Source: Amoebidium appalachense (taxonomy: Eukaryota; Protista; Ichthyosporea). From it: a stretch of 64,000 nucleotides of DNA. Shown in pieces: positions 35,952 through 50,688 of this stretch; position 1 is the first letter of the stretch; every line of letters begins with the position of its first letter. The position numbers and the translations under genes are program-made. The DNA lies in contig CAVNZM010000002.1 in NCBI GenBank assembly GCA_963693365.1, forward strand, positions 13,425,615 through 13,489,614, written 5' to 3'. Under the pieces are notes generated by a model that saw nothing but the letters and a program-made list of their open reading frames with translations, had not been told where the DNA came from and ran no database searches.

Positions 35952-36086
35952 ATGGGCACAGAGACGGACAGGATGTGGTCGCAGACGGGCCAGGCAATGG
36001 GCCACCTACAGCACTGCTGGGGTGCGGTTCTTGGTAGGTGTGCCTGGAAGGGGATGGATGAGGAAGGGGGAGGGAGTGGTTAGGAA

Positions 36087-36117
<31 letters not shown>

Positions 36118-36371
36118 AGGAGAGGGGAAGGAAGGCGGTAAGGGGCAGAGTCTAACGTTGCGCAGCCACGCAGCAGCGCAAGACCCGCAGACCCTCAGCC
36201 AGTGCGGCCACCTTTTCTGCAGGTATGTTTCAAGTCATGCTGTATGTTTTCTGAGCGAAAATTGACGAAGTGCACGCTTTGAAACCACTTAGTTGCTCTC
36301 GCTGGACACAAGGGGTTTTTTACGCGTCCGCGAACTAATCACGTTGTGGTTTCACTGTGCAAGCTGTTGTC

Positions 36372-36409
<38 letters not shown>

Positions 36410-37545
36410 TCCTGCTTTGGCAAGAAAACTGTTACCCGCACGTGGAACTGACACAGCTGTTGAATCCATAAAGCTCATATGAGAAGCAAAAGTTGACCAC
36501 AAATCGTGCTGACACAACACATGCTGTCAAAGTGAAAAACAAAAACACTTATTTTGCAAGACAACAACCTGCATATAGACATTGTCCAGTAGAACATACA
36601 TGAAAACGCTGGTGTGGTTTGTGCCTACACCCCACGCTGAGCGCGAATAATACCTCATATAACCCGCATGAGCATAAATATATACAAAAATACGAGAAGA
36701 AAGAAAGTAGGTAGCTTCTTTGCTTTCAAGGGAGTTAGCACACACATTTAGTTTGCCCAAACACCGCTCAACACTACGTGCACCCTGCACATGTTGTCAT
36801 GCACAAACGTGCACTTGCCATTTTACTTACCAAATGCGCGCGCGCAAACACACACACACACAAACACACGCACACGCACACACGCACACACGCACACACT
36901 CGAACACACACATCAACACAGAAATGACTTAAGGATCCTACAAGGCACTCCCCTCACACCCTCACAACCACCGCCCCAAAACCAACAAAAACCTCACTCA
37001 CACCCACAAAACAACGAACTCACATCCCTTTTGTGACTCCTTGCGCTAGTCTCATTCTAACTCTCCTCCTATCTTTTAGGAGCTGCATAGAGGCTCAGCT
37101 GGAAACCACCGCATCCTGTCCCACATGCTTTGTTCCCGCCTGGACCAGCCACCTGCAGCCCTGCAACCGTGCTGCCAGTCTGCTTGCTGCCCTCACCCAG
37201 CTGCAGAGTGCTCTGGCCGGCCATGAACGTAATACCCCCCCCTCCCCCCCCCCCCTCCCCCCACGTGGACGTTTCTTGTCGCCTCCCTCTCCCCTCCGCC
37301 CGCCTCCCCCTACCCCTTTCCCCTCCTTCCTCCATGTGAGGTGTGTGTGTATGGAGACGAGGGAATCGTAGAAGATAAGGGTTGTGTTTGAGAGTAGATT
37401 TACCCTCCTGTGCATAGGCCCTGCAACGTGCAATCCATCCTGTTTAGTGTTCCCCTTGAAATGTGTTACATTGACCACCCTCCCCCCCCCCCCCCCCCCT
37501 CCTTCCTTCCCAAAAAAGGAAAAGAACCGCCACCTTTATTCTCCC

Positions 37546-37576
<31 letters not shown>

Positions 37577-38580
37577 AAAAAAAAGATATTACCAGTACAC
37601 TTACCCTAACCTGCAGCCACTGCCGAGCCCAGCAGCCCCGAGCCAGTACCAGCCCAGCGTAGAGCTTTGAGCGAAGGATTCAGCAGCCTGCCACAGAGGC
37701 CACCACACACCCCTGTACGTGCCTGTGTGTGTGTGTGTGCTTCGTGTGTTGGGAGGGAGAGGGGGGGGGGGGGGGGGGGGGGGGGGGAGGGGCTGGGCCG
37801 GGGGGGGGGGGGGGGGGGAGGGGAGGGAGGGGGGGATCTGGGTGAACGGTTGTTGTAGGGAGGGAAGGAAGAGAGTGAAAGGGAAAGGTGGGAAGGAAGG
37901 CTGACAGGCAGGGTTCCAGGCCAGCAGCCACAGTGCCCACCAGGAAATATTCCCCCCTGGCCGTGCAAGTGTGGTGGGTGCCCCCCTCCCCCCCTCCCCC
38001 CTCCCCCCTCCTCCAAATCACAAAAAGAAAGCAATAAACTACTTTTACATGCGCGTGCACTCACACACACAAACACCACAGCTACCACAAATAAACATAC
38101 CCGCGCGCACGCGCGCGCGCGCACACACACACACACACATACACGCACATACACACATACACACCGCTGCCGCTGTGAAAATGCATTGCTGGAGCACCTG
38201 GCACCGGCACTGACTCCGTATGCACGTGCACAGACATATGGCAGGCGGCAGCACACGGGCTCCTCTGCTTCCATGTCTGCCCCCGTGTCTGCTCCCACCT
38301 CTGCCCGCACCACCACCCCCAGAACCCCCGGGCAGAGACGAATGCAGCAGACAACACTGCTAAGTCACATGGCCCCACGTACAGCACCCACACCCAGTGC
38401 CGCACCAAGGAGAGTTACACAGAGGCCAAGTCCGCGACAGACGACAGGTGTGTGTATGTGTAAAATTGGGGGGGGGGGGGGGGGTAGCGGACGGGTGGGG
38501 GGAGGGGGGGAGGGGGGGGGGGGGGGGGGGGGGGCGTGGTTGACTGGGTGAGCGTGGGTAGGTGCTTATGGGTGTGGGTT

Positions 38581-38633
<53 letters not shown>

Positions 38634-38840
38634 CTATGTACGTGTATGCCTGTGTGTGTGTGTGTGTCTGTGTGTCTTTGTGTGTGTAATCAGTGAGGAT
38701 GATTTTGACCGTCTGTATGCTGACACATGAATCAACAGGGAACACGGCCCCTGCACCACCATCTACAGAGAAGGTGGGTTGATTTATATTCCCAAGTTCG
38801 ATTGGGGGGGAGGGGGAGGGGGGTTGAGGGGAGGGTGGGA

Positions 38841-38879
<39 letters not shown>

Positions 38880-40054
38880 CGGTTCAGGGCTAACTGTATT
38901 GGGGCCACAGAAAGCAAAAGTACCCACCAACCATCTGGGAGAGACACCTCTACATATTGCTGCAAAGAAAGGTCTATGTCCTGCATGCGCGCCTAAGGCA
39001 GGCCAGGGGGGGAAGGGGGGGGGAGAAGGGTGGGGAAGAGGTGTATGTGTGTATTCCGGGAGGGGAGGGGGTGGGGGGAAGGGGGGGGCGGGGGTGGGGG
39101 GGGGAGGGGGAAAGGGGTTGTGGGGCTAAAAAGGTGGTGTATGAGTGCGACTGTATGTATGGCCAGAGGGAGGGGAAGGGGAAAAGGGAAGGGGCGGTGG
39201 GTGGGGTTTGAATATGCTGAAGTGGTTTGGGTGCAGGCAATGTGGCGAGGGTGACAGAGCTTCTGTCCGAGGGGCGCATACCAGTAGACACCAGAGACAA
39301 CGCTGGCTGGACACCTTTGGTACGTGGGAGGGGATGGTGGCTATGATACCTGGAGTAGGAGGGCGGAAAGATAGAGATGGAGATTGAGAAAGGGGTCACG
39401 TATGATAGTTAGAAAGAGGTGGATGGGGAGGGGAGAGAGAGGGGGGGGGGAATGGGAGGAGGGGGGGGGGAGAGGGGCGGAGAGAGAGAGAGAGAGAGAG
39501 GGATAGATAGATAAAGAGAAATGCAGGTGTGATGGGGAGCATGGGTGAGTGGGTGGGGAGGTGGAAGTGGTGACGGTTTGCATAGCTGCTGATGACGGCG
39601 AAGTGCGCGAGAGGCCTGGGGGAATGTGTGTGCGCGCATGTGTGTGGGAGGACCGGGGGCGGGCAAGCAGGGGGAAGGGTGGAGGAATGGTTTCAAGGTT
39701 TGGGGACGAGAGAGTAGGAAATATGGGGCTGATTGTTGGTGGCAGCACGAGGCCTGCAACAAGGGGTCTGTGGAGGTGGTGGGCCTACTGCTGGATGCGG
39801 GGGCAAACGTCAATGCACCAGGTGGGTAATGGAGAGGGGTGCGGGGGGGGGGGGGGGGGGGGGGGATGGGGGAACCTCGGGGGGGGAGGGGGGGGAGAAT
39901 AGCGAGAGAGGATTGGGATGGAGGGATGGGACTAGGTTGTCTAATGCTGGTTGCAGGGTTCGACAACAACACTCCCCTGCACGATGCAACACACGTGGGC
40001 CATCTGGATGTGGTGGCCCTGCTGCTACAGGTATTAACCCCCCCTCCCCCCATT

Positions 40055-40107
<53 letters not shown>

Positions 40108-40260
40108 CACACACAAACGCACACACACACGCACACTCTTGCACACGCACACGCGCACACGAACACACACACATACTGGCACACACGCACACACGCACTG
40201 GCACACATGCGCGCACACACCAACAGAGAGAGCGAGAGAAAGAGAGAGACAGAAGGGCAC

Positions 40261-40309
<49 letters not shown>

Positions 40310-40631
40310 GCACACACACACATGCACACACACATCACACATCATGTATGCCCGAGCCAGCACACACTCACACTGTTTCATTTCAGCGGGGGGCCAACCG
40401 TGAAGCTATCAACAGGGCAGGACTGAGGCCCATCGACCTATCCGAGCGAGATGAGATAGCAGCCCTTATCAATGACTTCACCCTGGCACCAAAACCTATG
40501 CCCCAACAAACATTACCAACCACTGCATCAACGGTGGGTGAACCAACCCCCCCCCCCCCCCCCCCCCCCCCCTCCCACACACACACACACACACACCACC
40601 ACCACCACCACCACCACCACCACCACCACCA

Positions 40632-40670
<39 letters not shown>

Positions 40671-41568
40671 GCATTAAAGAAATGAAAGGGAGGAAGAAAC
40701 AAGAAAAAAAGAAGGTGCACTTTGTGGCTGTGTGCACATGGTGTCGTGGTGCTGATGGGTGTGGTGTAGGGGGAGGGGGCGGCTGGCAGCAAGGTGGTTG
40801 CAGGGGAGGTTGTGATGCTGCTGACGGGCCTGGACAAGACACAGAAGGTGGGCCATGTGCACGTGATTTGTGTGTTCACGTGATGTGAGTCACGTGCACG
40901 TGACTTGTGTGTGCACGTGAATGAAAGCCATGGGCACGTGTGTAATGCCATGCACTTGAATGGTGTATTGACCTGATCGATGTCATGCATGTGATCTCTG
41001 TGCGCATGTGATTTATGTCGTGTACTTGATTTGTGTATGCTATGCACGTGACTTGTGTAAACACATGACTGATGTCATGCATGTGGCACGCATCTTGTGC
41101 ATGCATTCACGTGACTTTTATGCATACACTTGCAAGACAATGCCAACACACTGCTGCTCTGCTGTTACGGTGCATTCGGTCTTTACTGGAACACACAAAG
41201 GGCACTCACTTGTAGCACTTTAAAGTGTATTTCTTCCATTTTCATACATAGACAAGAGAGCACGTGTGCGCACATGCACACACACACACACGCACACACA
41301 CGCGCATGCACGCACGCACGCACGCACCCACCCACGCACACCGTGACACACACGCGCACACACACACACACTGTACACAGGCACACATACCCAGATACGC
41401 ACACACATATGGATACCAGCATCCATAGGCACCCACCGACCCACCTATTCACACGCACGGTGTTTGTTTTTGAACTCATATGTGACCTGGGGGGTGGACA
41501 GGCACATGCGGTCGAGTGGGCATCACGCATACCCGGTGTACTACTGGTCACACGTATGGACGATGCAG

Positions 41569-41618
<50 letters not shown>

Positions 41619-42518
41619 GCGTGTGCGTGTGCGTGTGCGTGTGGTTGTGTGTGTGTGTGTGTGTGTGCGCGCGCGCGTGTGTGCGCGTGTGCGTGCAAGG
41701 GGTGGGGGGTGGGGGGTGGGGGTGCAGATTTGCTAATGATGTGGGGTGGGGGTTGCAGTGACGCATGTGGTTGTGGAGACGAACAGCGAGGGCCGTGCAC
41801 GGAGAACAATGAAGTACCTGCAAGGTCTACTGCTGGGCAAGACACTGGCCAGCTTAGAGTGTACGTGTGTGCATGTGCGCTTTGCTGTGCATATTAATGT
41901 GCATGTGCAGTGTGCCCGTGCTTGCATGCTGTGTCTGCGCCTGTGCACGTGCTTGCAAGCTGTGCATTTGCATGCTGTCTGTGCTTGTGCCCGTGCTTGC
42001 ATGCTGTGTCTGCGCCTGTGTCCGTGCTTGCAAGCTGTGCATTTGCATGCTGTGTCTGTGCCTGTACACGTGCATGTATATTGGGTGCATGCATGGTCGC
42101 TGATGTGCATGCACAGGGCTCAAGGAGTGTGCCTCCATGCGTCAACTCCTACCCGTCACGCCCTTCCTGGTGGTCGGTGACACGTTTGCCCTGGGCGGCC
42201 CACACAAAGCTGCCATGGCTCACCGTGCACAGGTAAGAACCAGAAACCGAACCGGCCCAGCAGGAATCCCGCAGTGGAAGACCCGAACCCCCCATGTTCC
42301 CGGCCCGTAACCCCGAAATTTGGCCCGACCCAGTGAATGCACTAACAGGATCCACACGCAGGAGGCACCGCTGTTCCATGAATGTGCATTTTTCTTCCGT
42401 GGGACCTTCGTGGGGCACCCACTGAATGAGCTACGAAGGCTGGTGCGCATTGGAGGTGAGTGTGGGTGTAGAGGAGGGGTGGAGGCCGGGGGGGTGGGGT
42501 TGGTGGGTGGGTGGGTGT

Positions 42519-42563
<45 letters not shown>

Positions 42564-43096
42564 GGAAGGGGCTGTGTGGATAGCTTTGGTATTTGGTGAT
42601 GGGGGTGGCGGCGGCGGCGTGTGCATGCATGTTGGTATGTGTGACGGTCAGACAGGTCTCTTTTTTGTGGGGTAGGGTTGGATGTGAGTGTGTTTGGGGG
42701 AAGGGGGAGAGGGGGGGGGGGGGGAGGGGGGGGGGGGGGTTATAGAGTTATGACAGACATACAGCAATGTTCCATTCTGGCTGTGAAGTGCATGCAATGT
42801 CTCCCCCCTGTCAGTGTACCCGTGTCCTTGGGATAATTTGGCTGCTTACCAATCAACGAGCCTAGTGAGTGTCTAAACAGCCAATCAGGCTGCAAATCCA
42901 CTAACCATACATGGTTGCAGGTGGTCGGGACCTTCAGAAGGAGCCCAAGAATCCAGTTGGGAGGGATGGGAGGAGATGCCTCATTGTGGAAGAGGTGGGG
43001 GGGGAGAGGGGGGAGGGGGGGGTGGATGTGGTGGGTGTTGAGTGGTTGCTAGACTGCATGTCTCACTACACCATACTGGACACAAATCCCGTGTAA
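35952..43096 (+). CDS. BARD1: BRCA1-associated RING domain protein 1 (RING - ankyrin repeats - tandem BRCT), ~587 aa, 18 exons; apparent 1-nt frameshift in exon 1
   Basis: Exons 35952-36033, 36166-36222, 37080-37228, 37617-37714, 37920-37973, 38234-38447, 38739-38773, 38911-38971, 39237-39319, 39746-39821, 39957-40030, 40387-40533, 40770-40847, 41502-41568, 41759-41860, 42117-42232, 42362-42455, 42921-43096. RING: [25 protein letters not shown]: [36 protein letters not shown]: [40 protein letters not shown]. Confidence 0.92.
41911..42075 (+). repeat. ~75-bp intronic tandem duplication
   Basis: Two near-identical copies of tgtgcccgtgcttgcatgctgtgtctgcgcctgtg..gtgcttgcaagctgtgcatttgcatgctgt in a BARD1 intron. 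Confidence 0.85.
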
Positions 43097-43911
43097 GGAA
43101 ACACGTGTTGTGGCAGAATCCAGAACCGATGTGCATTTGAACGTCTATCGATATCAATCGTGTGCGGAGCGAGCGTGATGGGTGTGTGTGTGCATAAACA
43201 GATGTTTTGTTAGCAACATATGCAACGGGTGAATTTCCAATTCAGTACGCAACTCACATGTATTAACACTGCACTATGGCGAGCGTTTGAGGCATAAAAT
43301 GCCGATTTTGTGGTCTTTCTCGACAAATTACTTAGTAGGAATCTGCATTCGGTTTCCGCAAGGCATAGAAGATGTATTGTAAATGATGTTTGCATTGTGT
43401 ACACAGGAGTGCTCTACATGCCAGGCCACCATAAAGGCCAACATAGTGTAGTCGGGTCTGGCCCGATTCTTATGTATACGTAAACCAAGATATAAAAACC
43501 CCGATTAAGTTTGGAGATACCCGTCTTCCTACTCCGAGTGGCTTGCATTCAGCCCCACCCCCCTCCCCCTTCCCCCCCGCCCCCTCCTCCTCCTCCGGCT
43601 TCGAGGCCCCGCCAAACTACAAGTGCAATTAACATTCGCTCTTGTGGGCGCGCGTATAAGCCACACCCACACACACACACACACACGTATACATATGACG
43701 AACAACCTTGAGACAAAGATAAACACGTGCATGTGTGCCGAGACATCCAGACCCAACCCGGCACCCCCGGTACCCGCACCCACATGCACACCACACGTGC
43801 ACCACCTTTCATCGTACACGTGCTATAACCACTGCCACGTACGTGCACACATGTATACACTCTTTTATTCATTTACTCGCCAGCGCCCGCGCATGGCCCA
43901 AAACAAAATTA

Positions 43912-44252
43912 CTATTGGGTGGTGTCCTTATATCCGGGGCATGCCTTATTGGGATACTTGATATGGAATATGCGCAGGCCAAAGTGGTTTGCTATCTGCC
44001 TGCACACGTGGTAGCTGAAGTGCATGAGGCTCAGGTGCACGTACAGGCACACACCAAGAAGCGCCTTGGGCTGGTCGACTATTTGGTAGCGGGCATTGAT
44101 GCACAGTGCAAGCAGCGCCCACATGGTCTTGTCTGTGCGTGTGGGTGGTTGTGGGTGTGTGGACGGGTGGGTGGGTGGGGGAAGGAGAGGCGGGGGAGAG
44201 AGGGGGTGTGTGTGGTGGTGGTGGTGGTGGTGGTGTGTATGTGTGTGTGTGT

Positions 44253-44285
<33 letters not shown>

Positions 44286-44603
44286 GAGGAGAGGGGGGGG
44301 AGGGGGGGGGGGGGGGGGTGGGGTGGGGGGAGAAGGGGAAATCGGGTGTACGTGTTTGTGTGTGTGTAGGTGTGTATGTGTGTGTCATTGTGTGATGGGA
44401 CGGAGGGAGGGGGGGGGGGGGGGTGGGGGGGGGGGGGGGGGGGAGGGTTAGTGTGCGTGAGGGTATTGTTGGGGGGGGGGGGGGGGGGGGGGGGAATGGT
44501 GGTGTGGATGGGAGGGTAGGTAGGTGCGGGAACGGGTGTGGTGGGGTTGTTTGTGCGGGTGTGCGGGTGTGTGTGTGGGGTGGCGTGGGGAGGAGGCGCC
44601 CGG

Positions 44604-44635
<32 letters not shown>

Positions 44636-45508
44636 TGTTTGCGCGTGTGTATTGGGGAATGGGGGAGGGGTGGGGGTGCGTTAGAAAGCGTTGCAGAGCA
44701 CGGGGGGGTAGAACATGTTACGACAACACAAGGCAGGTAGGAGGGGGATTGGGGGCAAGAATGCGGTGCACAGGAACAAGACGAAAAACAGGGCGTAGGT
44801 CACAATGGGGCAGGCGGGGCATATATGTTATTCCATGTGGGAGGTTTTGTTTTTCTTGCCCGGGGGGTGGGGGGTGCGGGTGGGTGGATGGGAGGGTGGG
44901 TGGTTGATTGGGGCAAGGGGGGGGGAGGAGAGAGGGGGGGGGGGGGGGGCGGGGGGTTTGGCCGGGGGGGGGGGGGGGGGGGGGGGTTTGCACTCACCCC
45001 AGAACTTGTGCGGGGCCTTAGCCATATGTGCAATGACCAGCCAGATGGACATCTTGGCCATGACGGCACCAAACGTTAGAATCATCAGCACACTGTAGTG
45101 GCTGTACAGGCTGCCTGCTGCACCCCCCTCAATGCTGCCCTTCGTGCTGTGAGTGTATGGGTGTATGTGTACGTGTGTGCGTGTGTGTGTGTGTTTGTGT
45201 GTGTGTGTATTGTAGGTATGTATGTGTGGGTGGGTGGGGGGGGGGGGAGGGGGGCGGGGTGCACATGTGTATGTGCTTGTGTGTGGGTGTGGGTGTGGGT
45301 GTGGTGTGGGTGTGGGTTTGTTTGTGTGTGCGCACCTCTGTGCGTGTGTGTGTGCATGTGTAATGGTGAATGAGGTCAATGCGTGGATGTGGCACATGAA
45401 CGTGTGCATGTCAATGTGCTGTTGGGATGTTATGTGTATGTCTGTCCCGTTGTATCTGTGCTCTCAGGCTATTAAACGTGTGCATGTACCGCGCATGGAC
45501 GTAGATAG

Positions 45509-45555
<47 letters not shown>

Positions 45556-45561
45556 AAAAAA

Positions 45562-45597
<36 letters not shown>

Positions 45598-46208
45598 CTG
45601 CACGAAGAGTACAACCAAATTCCTCTCTGCACAAATCTAGCTGACCTCTCTTCATCCCCCGTTCTTCAATATAGCATAAGAGCCCCTTTGCACTCTCTGT
45701 GGCACCACCACGCTATGTATGGGTGTGCCCGGTCGTGTGATTGTGTTTGTGTACGTGTGGTGTGCGTGCTGTGCACACATCTGTGTCTCGTGCGCATTTA
45801 TGTGACTGGTCCATAACACATCTGTCTTATTGTGCCCGCCTGTGTGTGCGCATTTGTGCATTTCCACGTGCGTGCATGTGGTGCATGCAAGCGCATCTCC
45901 ATGTGTGTACACGTGTGCATGTGCATGTGCACGCACGTGGGTGTGTGTGTGCATGCACGTACAAGAGGTAGTAGAACATGCCCAGCAGCCATGCAGGCAC
46001 CCAGATGGGCTGCACTACGCTGGTGCCCGCCACCGTGGGCTTTTCGTTCTTGATGAAGATCGTGCTGTGGTTGGGGAGGGGGTGGTTTTTATGTAAGTGT
46101 AAGTGTGTGTGTCTGTGTGTGTGTGTGGGTGGGTGGGGAGGGAGGGAGGGGGAGGGGGAAGGCAGGAGTCGGGAGGGGAGAGGAGGGGGGGGGGAGAGGG
46201 GGAGGGGG

Positions 46209-46240
<32 letters not shown>

Positions 46241-46551
46241 ATGTGCTGTGCTGGCATGCTCCCCTCCCCTTCCACTTTTCAAAAAGCTATGTGCCCAAGT
46301 CATTTGTGCGCAACCACATACGTTAATATTTTACAACCAATTCCCAAATCCCAACCCATGTGCATATGTGCTCAAGCTGTGGCGTGTTTTGTTTGACTGA
46401 CACGAATGAGAAAGTGTTGTGTATGTGTGATTGTGTTTGTGTGTGTGTGTGTGAATGTGTGTGTACAGAGAGTGACCTAATATTAGAACGGGTGGGTGGG
46501 TGGGTGGGTCATTTGTTGTCGTCGTTGTTGTGTGGATGGGGGGGTGTGGGG

Positions 46552-46626
<75 letters not shown>

Positions 46627-47424
46627 CAGAGGGGGTTGGGGAGTAAACTGACTGCATGTTCCTCAGCACGGCTATTGTGGATGCACTAGTTGCACCCAGA
46701 GCCACCACGTGCTTGAGCTGCAGGCCGGGCACTATGGCTACTGGAAGATTCCAGATGGCTGGGCCAAGCAGCGCAGTGGTCAGGTGCACGGCAATCATCA
46801 GCATCTGGCCCTCCGTCACGTCCACCCTGTGTGCACGTGCATAAAAAAAAACAAAAAACAAAAACAAAAAAACAAAAACAAAAAACTATTAGTCACTTGC
46901 TGCCAACACCCCCTCCCCCCCCCCTCCCTCCCCCCCCCCCCCGCCCCCACACACACACACAAACAAACATACCTTCCTCCCCCCCAACGAGCGAGGCATG
47001 TCTTACTTTCATTTTCCCTGTTTAGAGGGTATGGCAACATTTGCCCCACGATATGTTGAGTGTACACGACAAAGCAGTAGAAACACAGGAGGGGAGGGGG
47101 AGATGGGGGGGTGAAGGGGGGAGGACAGGCGGGAGCAAAGCGGAGGAGCAGTTGGGGGCGGGGAAAGGGGGGGGGGGGGGGGGGGGAGGGGAGGGACTGA
47201 GGGAGGGGAAGAGAGAGGGGGGAGGGAGGAGCGGAGAGAGACAGAGAGAGAGCAAGCGAGAGAAACTGAGGTAGAGAGAGAGAAAGAGAGAGAGACACGC
47301 AGAGAGAAAAAGAGGAGGGTGAGAGGGTGGGAGTGGAAGGGAGACAAGACAGTGTTGGGTAGGGGGGGGGGGGGGGGGGGGGAGGGGGGAGGGGGACGAG
47401 AGAGAAACGGGAGGGGGAGACGGG

Positions 47425-47463
<39 letters not shown>

Positions 47464-47479
47464 CGTGCGCGTGTGTGTA

Positions 47480-47512
<33 letters not shown>

Positions 47513-48621
47513 ATGTGTGTGTGGGAGAGTGGACAGAGTTAAAGAGAAAGAGCGCTAGACGGAGGGGAAGGGGGTGGGAGTGGGGGAACAAAAAGAGACA
47601 CACATACATTGTACGCACACACCCACACCCACCCGAAACCCGCACAAACACACCAACTACCGGTTCCCATTCCCACCCCTCTACCTCTACCCCCCCCCCC
47701 CCCCCCCCAAAAAAAAAAAAAAAAAAAAAAAAAACCGTCTCCCCCTCTATCTCGACCACCAACCCATTCCTCAACACCAACACCACATCCCCACCCACAC
47801 TGACGGCACCCACGCCTACGCCCGCACCCACACCCACCCACGCCCACACACACAGACACAGACACATACACACACACAGACACAGACACATACACACACA
47901 CAGACACAGACACATACACACACACACACACACACACCATCCAAACTCCAGGACGCCAGTGACGAATGTCTGCCAGTGCGCACAGTAGAATGCAAGCAGG
48001 AAGTTGATCACAACAAGTGCCCCCCCAACACTGGTCCCCATCTGGGCTGTCGTCACCGTGGCAAGCACCTGCATCCGGCCCGTGTGAGTTGTTTGTAAAC
48101 AGTACCTGGTGTGTGCAAACAGTGACCTGGTGTGTGCAAACAGTACCTGGTGTATGCAAACAGTAACCTGTTGTATGCAAACAGTAACCTGTTGTATGCA
48201 AACAGTAACCTGTTGTATGCAAACAGTACCCTGGTGTATGCAAACAGTACCCTGTTGTATGCAGACAGTACCTGATGTATGCAAATAGTAGCCTGGTGTA
48301 TTCAAGCAGTCCCTGTATGTATGCAAACAGTGCATACTGCCTAGGGTGTCGTAGGAGTGTTTTTTTTTTTGTTTTTTTTGCTATTATTAGGTTATCAGCA
48401 GGAGCCAATCATGCCTAGTACACACGAGGCAACAACGTACAAGACGTTTCACCACTATTTTTTAATCAAGAAAAGAGAAAGAGAAAGAGCGAAAATCCGT
48501 TTGTGTCTGTGTGCCCATGTAGGTTCATGACAAGTGTGCAAACTCGTATGCACAGGGTAGCGTCGAAACACACCACAACTGTCTTCTTGCCCTAACCTGT
48601 TCTGCCTTGCCACTTCCAACA

Positions 48622-48665
<44 letters not shown>

Positions 48666-48949
48666 ACACACACACACCAAAAAAAAAAAAAAAAAAAAAA
48701 CCCTTACCACAAGTGTGTTTGAGAAGGCATCACATCCATGGTCAAAGAGCTCTCCCAGACAGCTGCCCGACCCTGCATATTGTCCCGTTATAATCGATCC
48801 CTCTCTCCTTCTCACACACAGACTTGTGTTTCCAGCACCAAAGACAAGTACACGCCACACAGGAGACACAGGCATACCACTCCCCCCCCCCCCCCCCCCC
48901 CCTCCCCCACAAACCCTTCAACCCCCTCCCTCTCCACACACACCAGTGT

Positions 48950-48984
<35 letters not shown>

Positions 48985-48996
48985 CAGGCACCGGTT

Positions 48997-49034
<38 letters not shown>

Positions 49035-49390
49035 CCGCCGCCGCCGCCCTCCCTTTCCCCCCAACACACACAAACCTCCCCCTTACCCCCAAAAAGCAGG
49101 CATGCATATACACAAGCGATCTCCCTGTTTGTTGCTGCATCCCGCTCCTTTCCTTGTCTTCCTCCTAAGATTCCCTACTTTCTTGTCCTTCCCATTTTCT
49201 CCCCCTCCCCCTCCTCCCTCCCCCCACTACCACCACCACATACACACACACATTCCCACAGAGTGCCCCTCCCCCCCCCCCCTCCCCCCCCCCCCCCTCC
49301 CCGTTGACCAGAAGGAAGAAATCAAAAGAAAGTCTAACCTAACCAACACGCCTTTCCCCCTCCTTCCCCCCCCCCCCCCCCCCCTCCCCA

Positions 49391-49422
<32 letters not shown>

Positions 49423-49963
49423 GAACACACACACACACCACCTGCCAGGAAAGCCTTCACGTGTGCACATCTTTTCATAAATTACTTTCCAATCGATAAT
49501 AAATTTCGTAATCACATCTCACACCCACCCCCTTACAAACACAGGCCCCTTCCCCTCCCCTCCCCCCTCCCAGCCTCCTCCATACACACACTGTTACGCC
49601 ACACTCTCCTTTCTCCCCCCACCCCCCTACCGCCAACGGAACACGCCTACGAGCTTCCCCTTCCCCTCCCCCCCTTCCCTCCTCCCCCCCCCCCTCAACC
49701 CACACACACACATACATTTGCACACAACACACGTGCATGCACACAGCACACAGCAGAAACAGCCCTCCCCCCTTCCCCCCTCCACCTCCCCCCCGCCCCC
49801 CCCCAACCCCCCCCCCCCCCCCCCCCACATACACACACATACATACCTTTGCAGACAACATACGTGCATGCACACAGCACACAGCACAGCAGAAACAGCC
49901 CTGCCCCCATTCCCTCTCCATCTCCCCTCCCCCCCCCCCCCCCCCCAAAAAAAAAAGAAACCA

Positions 49964-50021
<58 letters not shown>

Positions 50022-50648
50022 CTGTTCTTCTGGCCTGTTTGCCGTCTATCGCATCCAGTGTTTGGTAGACAAACACAGATGCCGCACACAGCAGATACCA
50101 GTTGGTTCCCGCCTGCACTCTGATTAGCACCCCAGTACCCTACCCATCCTCCCCCCCCCATTTTTTTCCCGGGTCCTACCTCACCCCACTCCCCCTCCCC
50201 CCTCCCCTTCCGCTCCAGCCCCCCCCCCCCCCCCCCCCCCCCCTTCCCCCTCCCTAGCCGTCCCCACATGCACACACACCACTTCCCCCTCTCCCATCTC
50301 CTCATCCCTCCACCGTCCTTCCCCCTCGGGGCACCAAGAGGGCGGGCAGGCGGGGGGGGGGGGGGGGGGGGGGGGAGGGGGGGGGAGGGAGGGGGGTCAC
50401 TTACGTCACCCTCCATATGTGGGACCTGCCACATGAAGCCGGCCGTGACAACGGCATTTATGGCCAGGCCGGTGATGGTCAGCAGGTTGGGGGCCACCCA
50501 GGCAGGCACATAGTTGACCACCCAGTTCCAGAAGTACTGCATCACATACTGCACACAGTATCGTTAGCATGCATGCAGCACCAAGGTTTATATCAGGTGA
50601 TGGTGGTGGGATGGGATGGGGTGTGGGGTGGGATGGTGTGTGTGTGTG

Positions 50649-50688
<40 letters not shown>

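Noticed and set aside
42233-42361. ACCGAACC/GGCCCGA motifs resembling hAT subterminal repeats in a BARD1 intron
   Set aside because: Too short and degenerate, with no TIR or 8-bp target duplication.
43912-44132. Possible selenoprotein I (EPT1) with a Sec-encoding UGA
   Set aside because: The ORF ends in TAG with no in-frame TGA, and the sequence looks CEPT1/CHPT1-like.
48097-48335. Regularly spaced repeats resembling a CRISPR array (also 23956-24185)
   Set aside because: These are head-to-tail tandem units with no unique spacers and no cas genes, in a eukaryotic intron.
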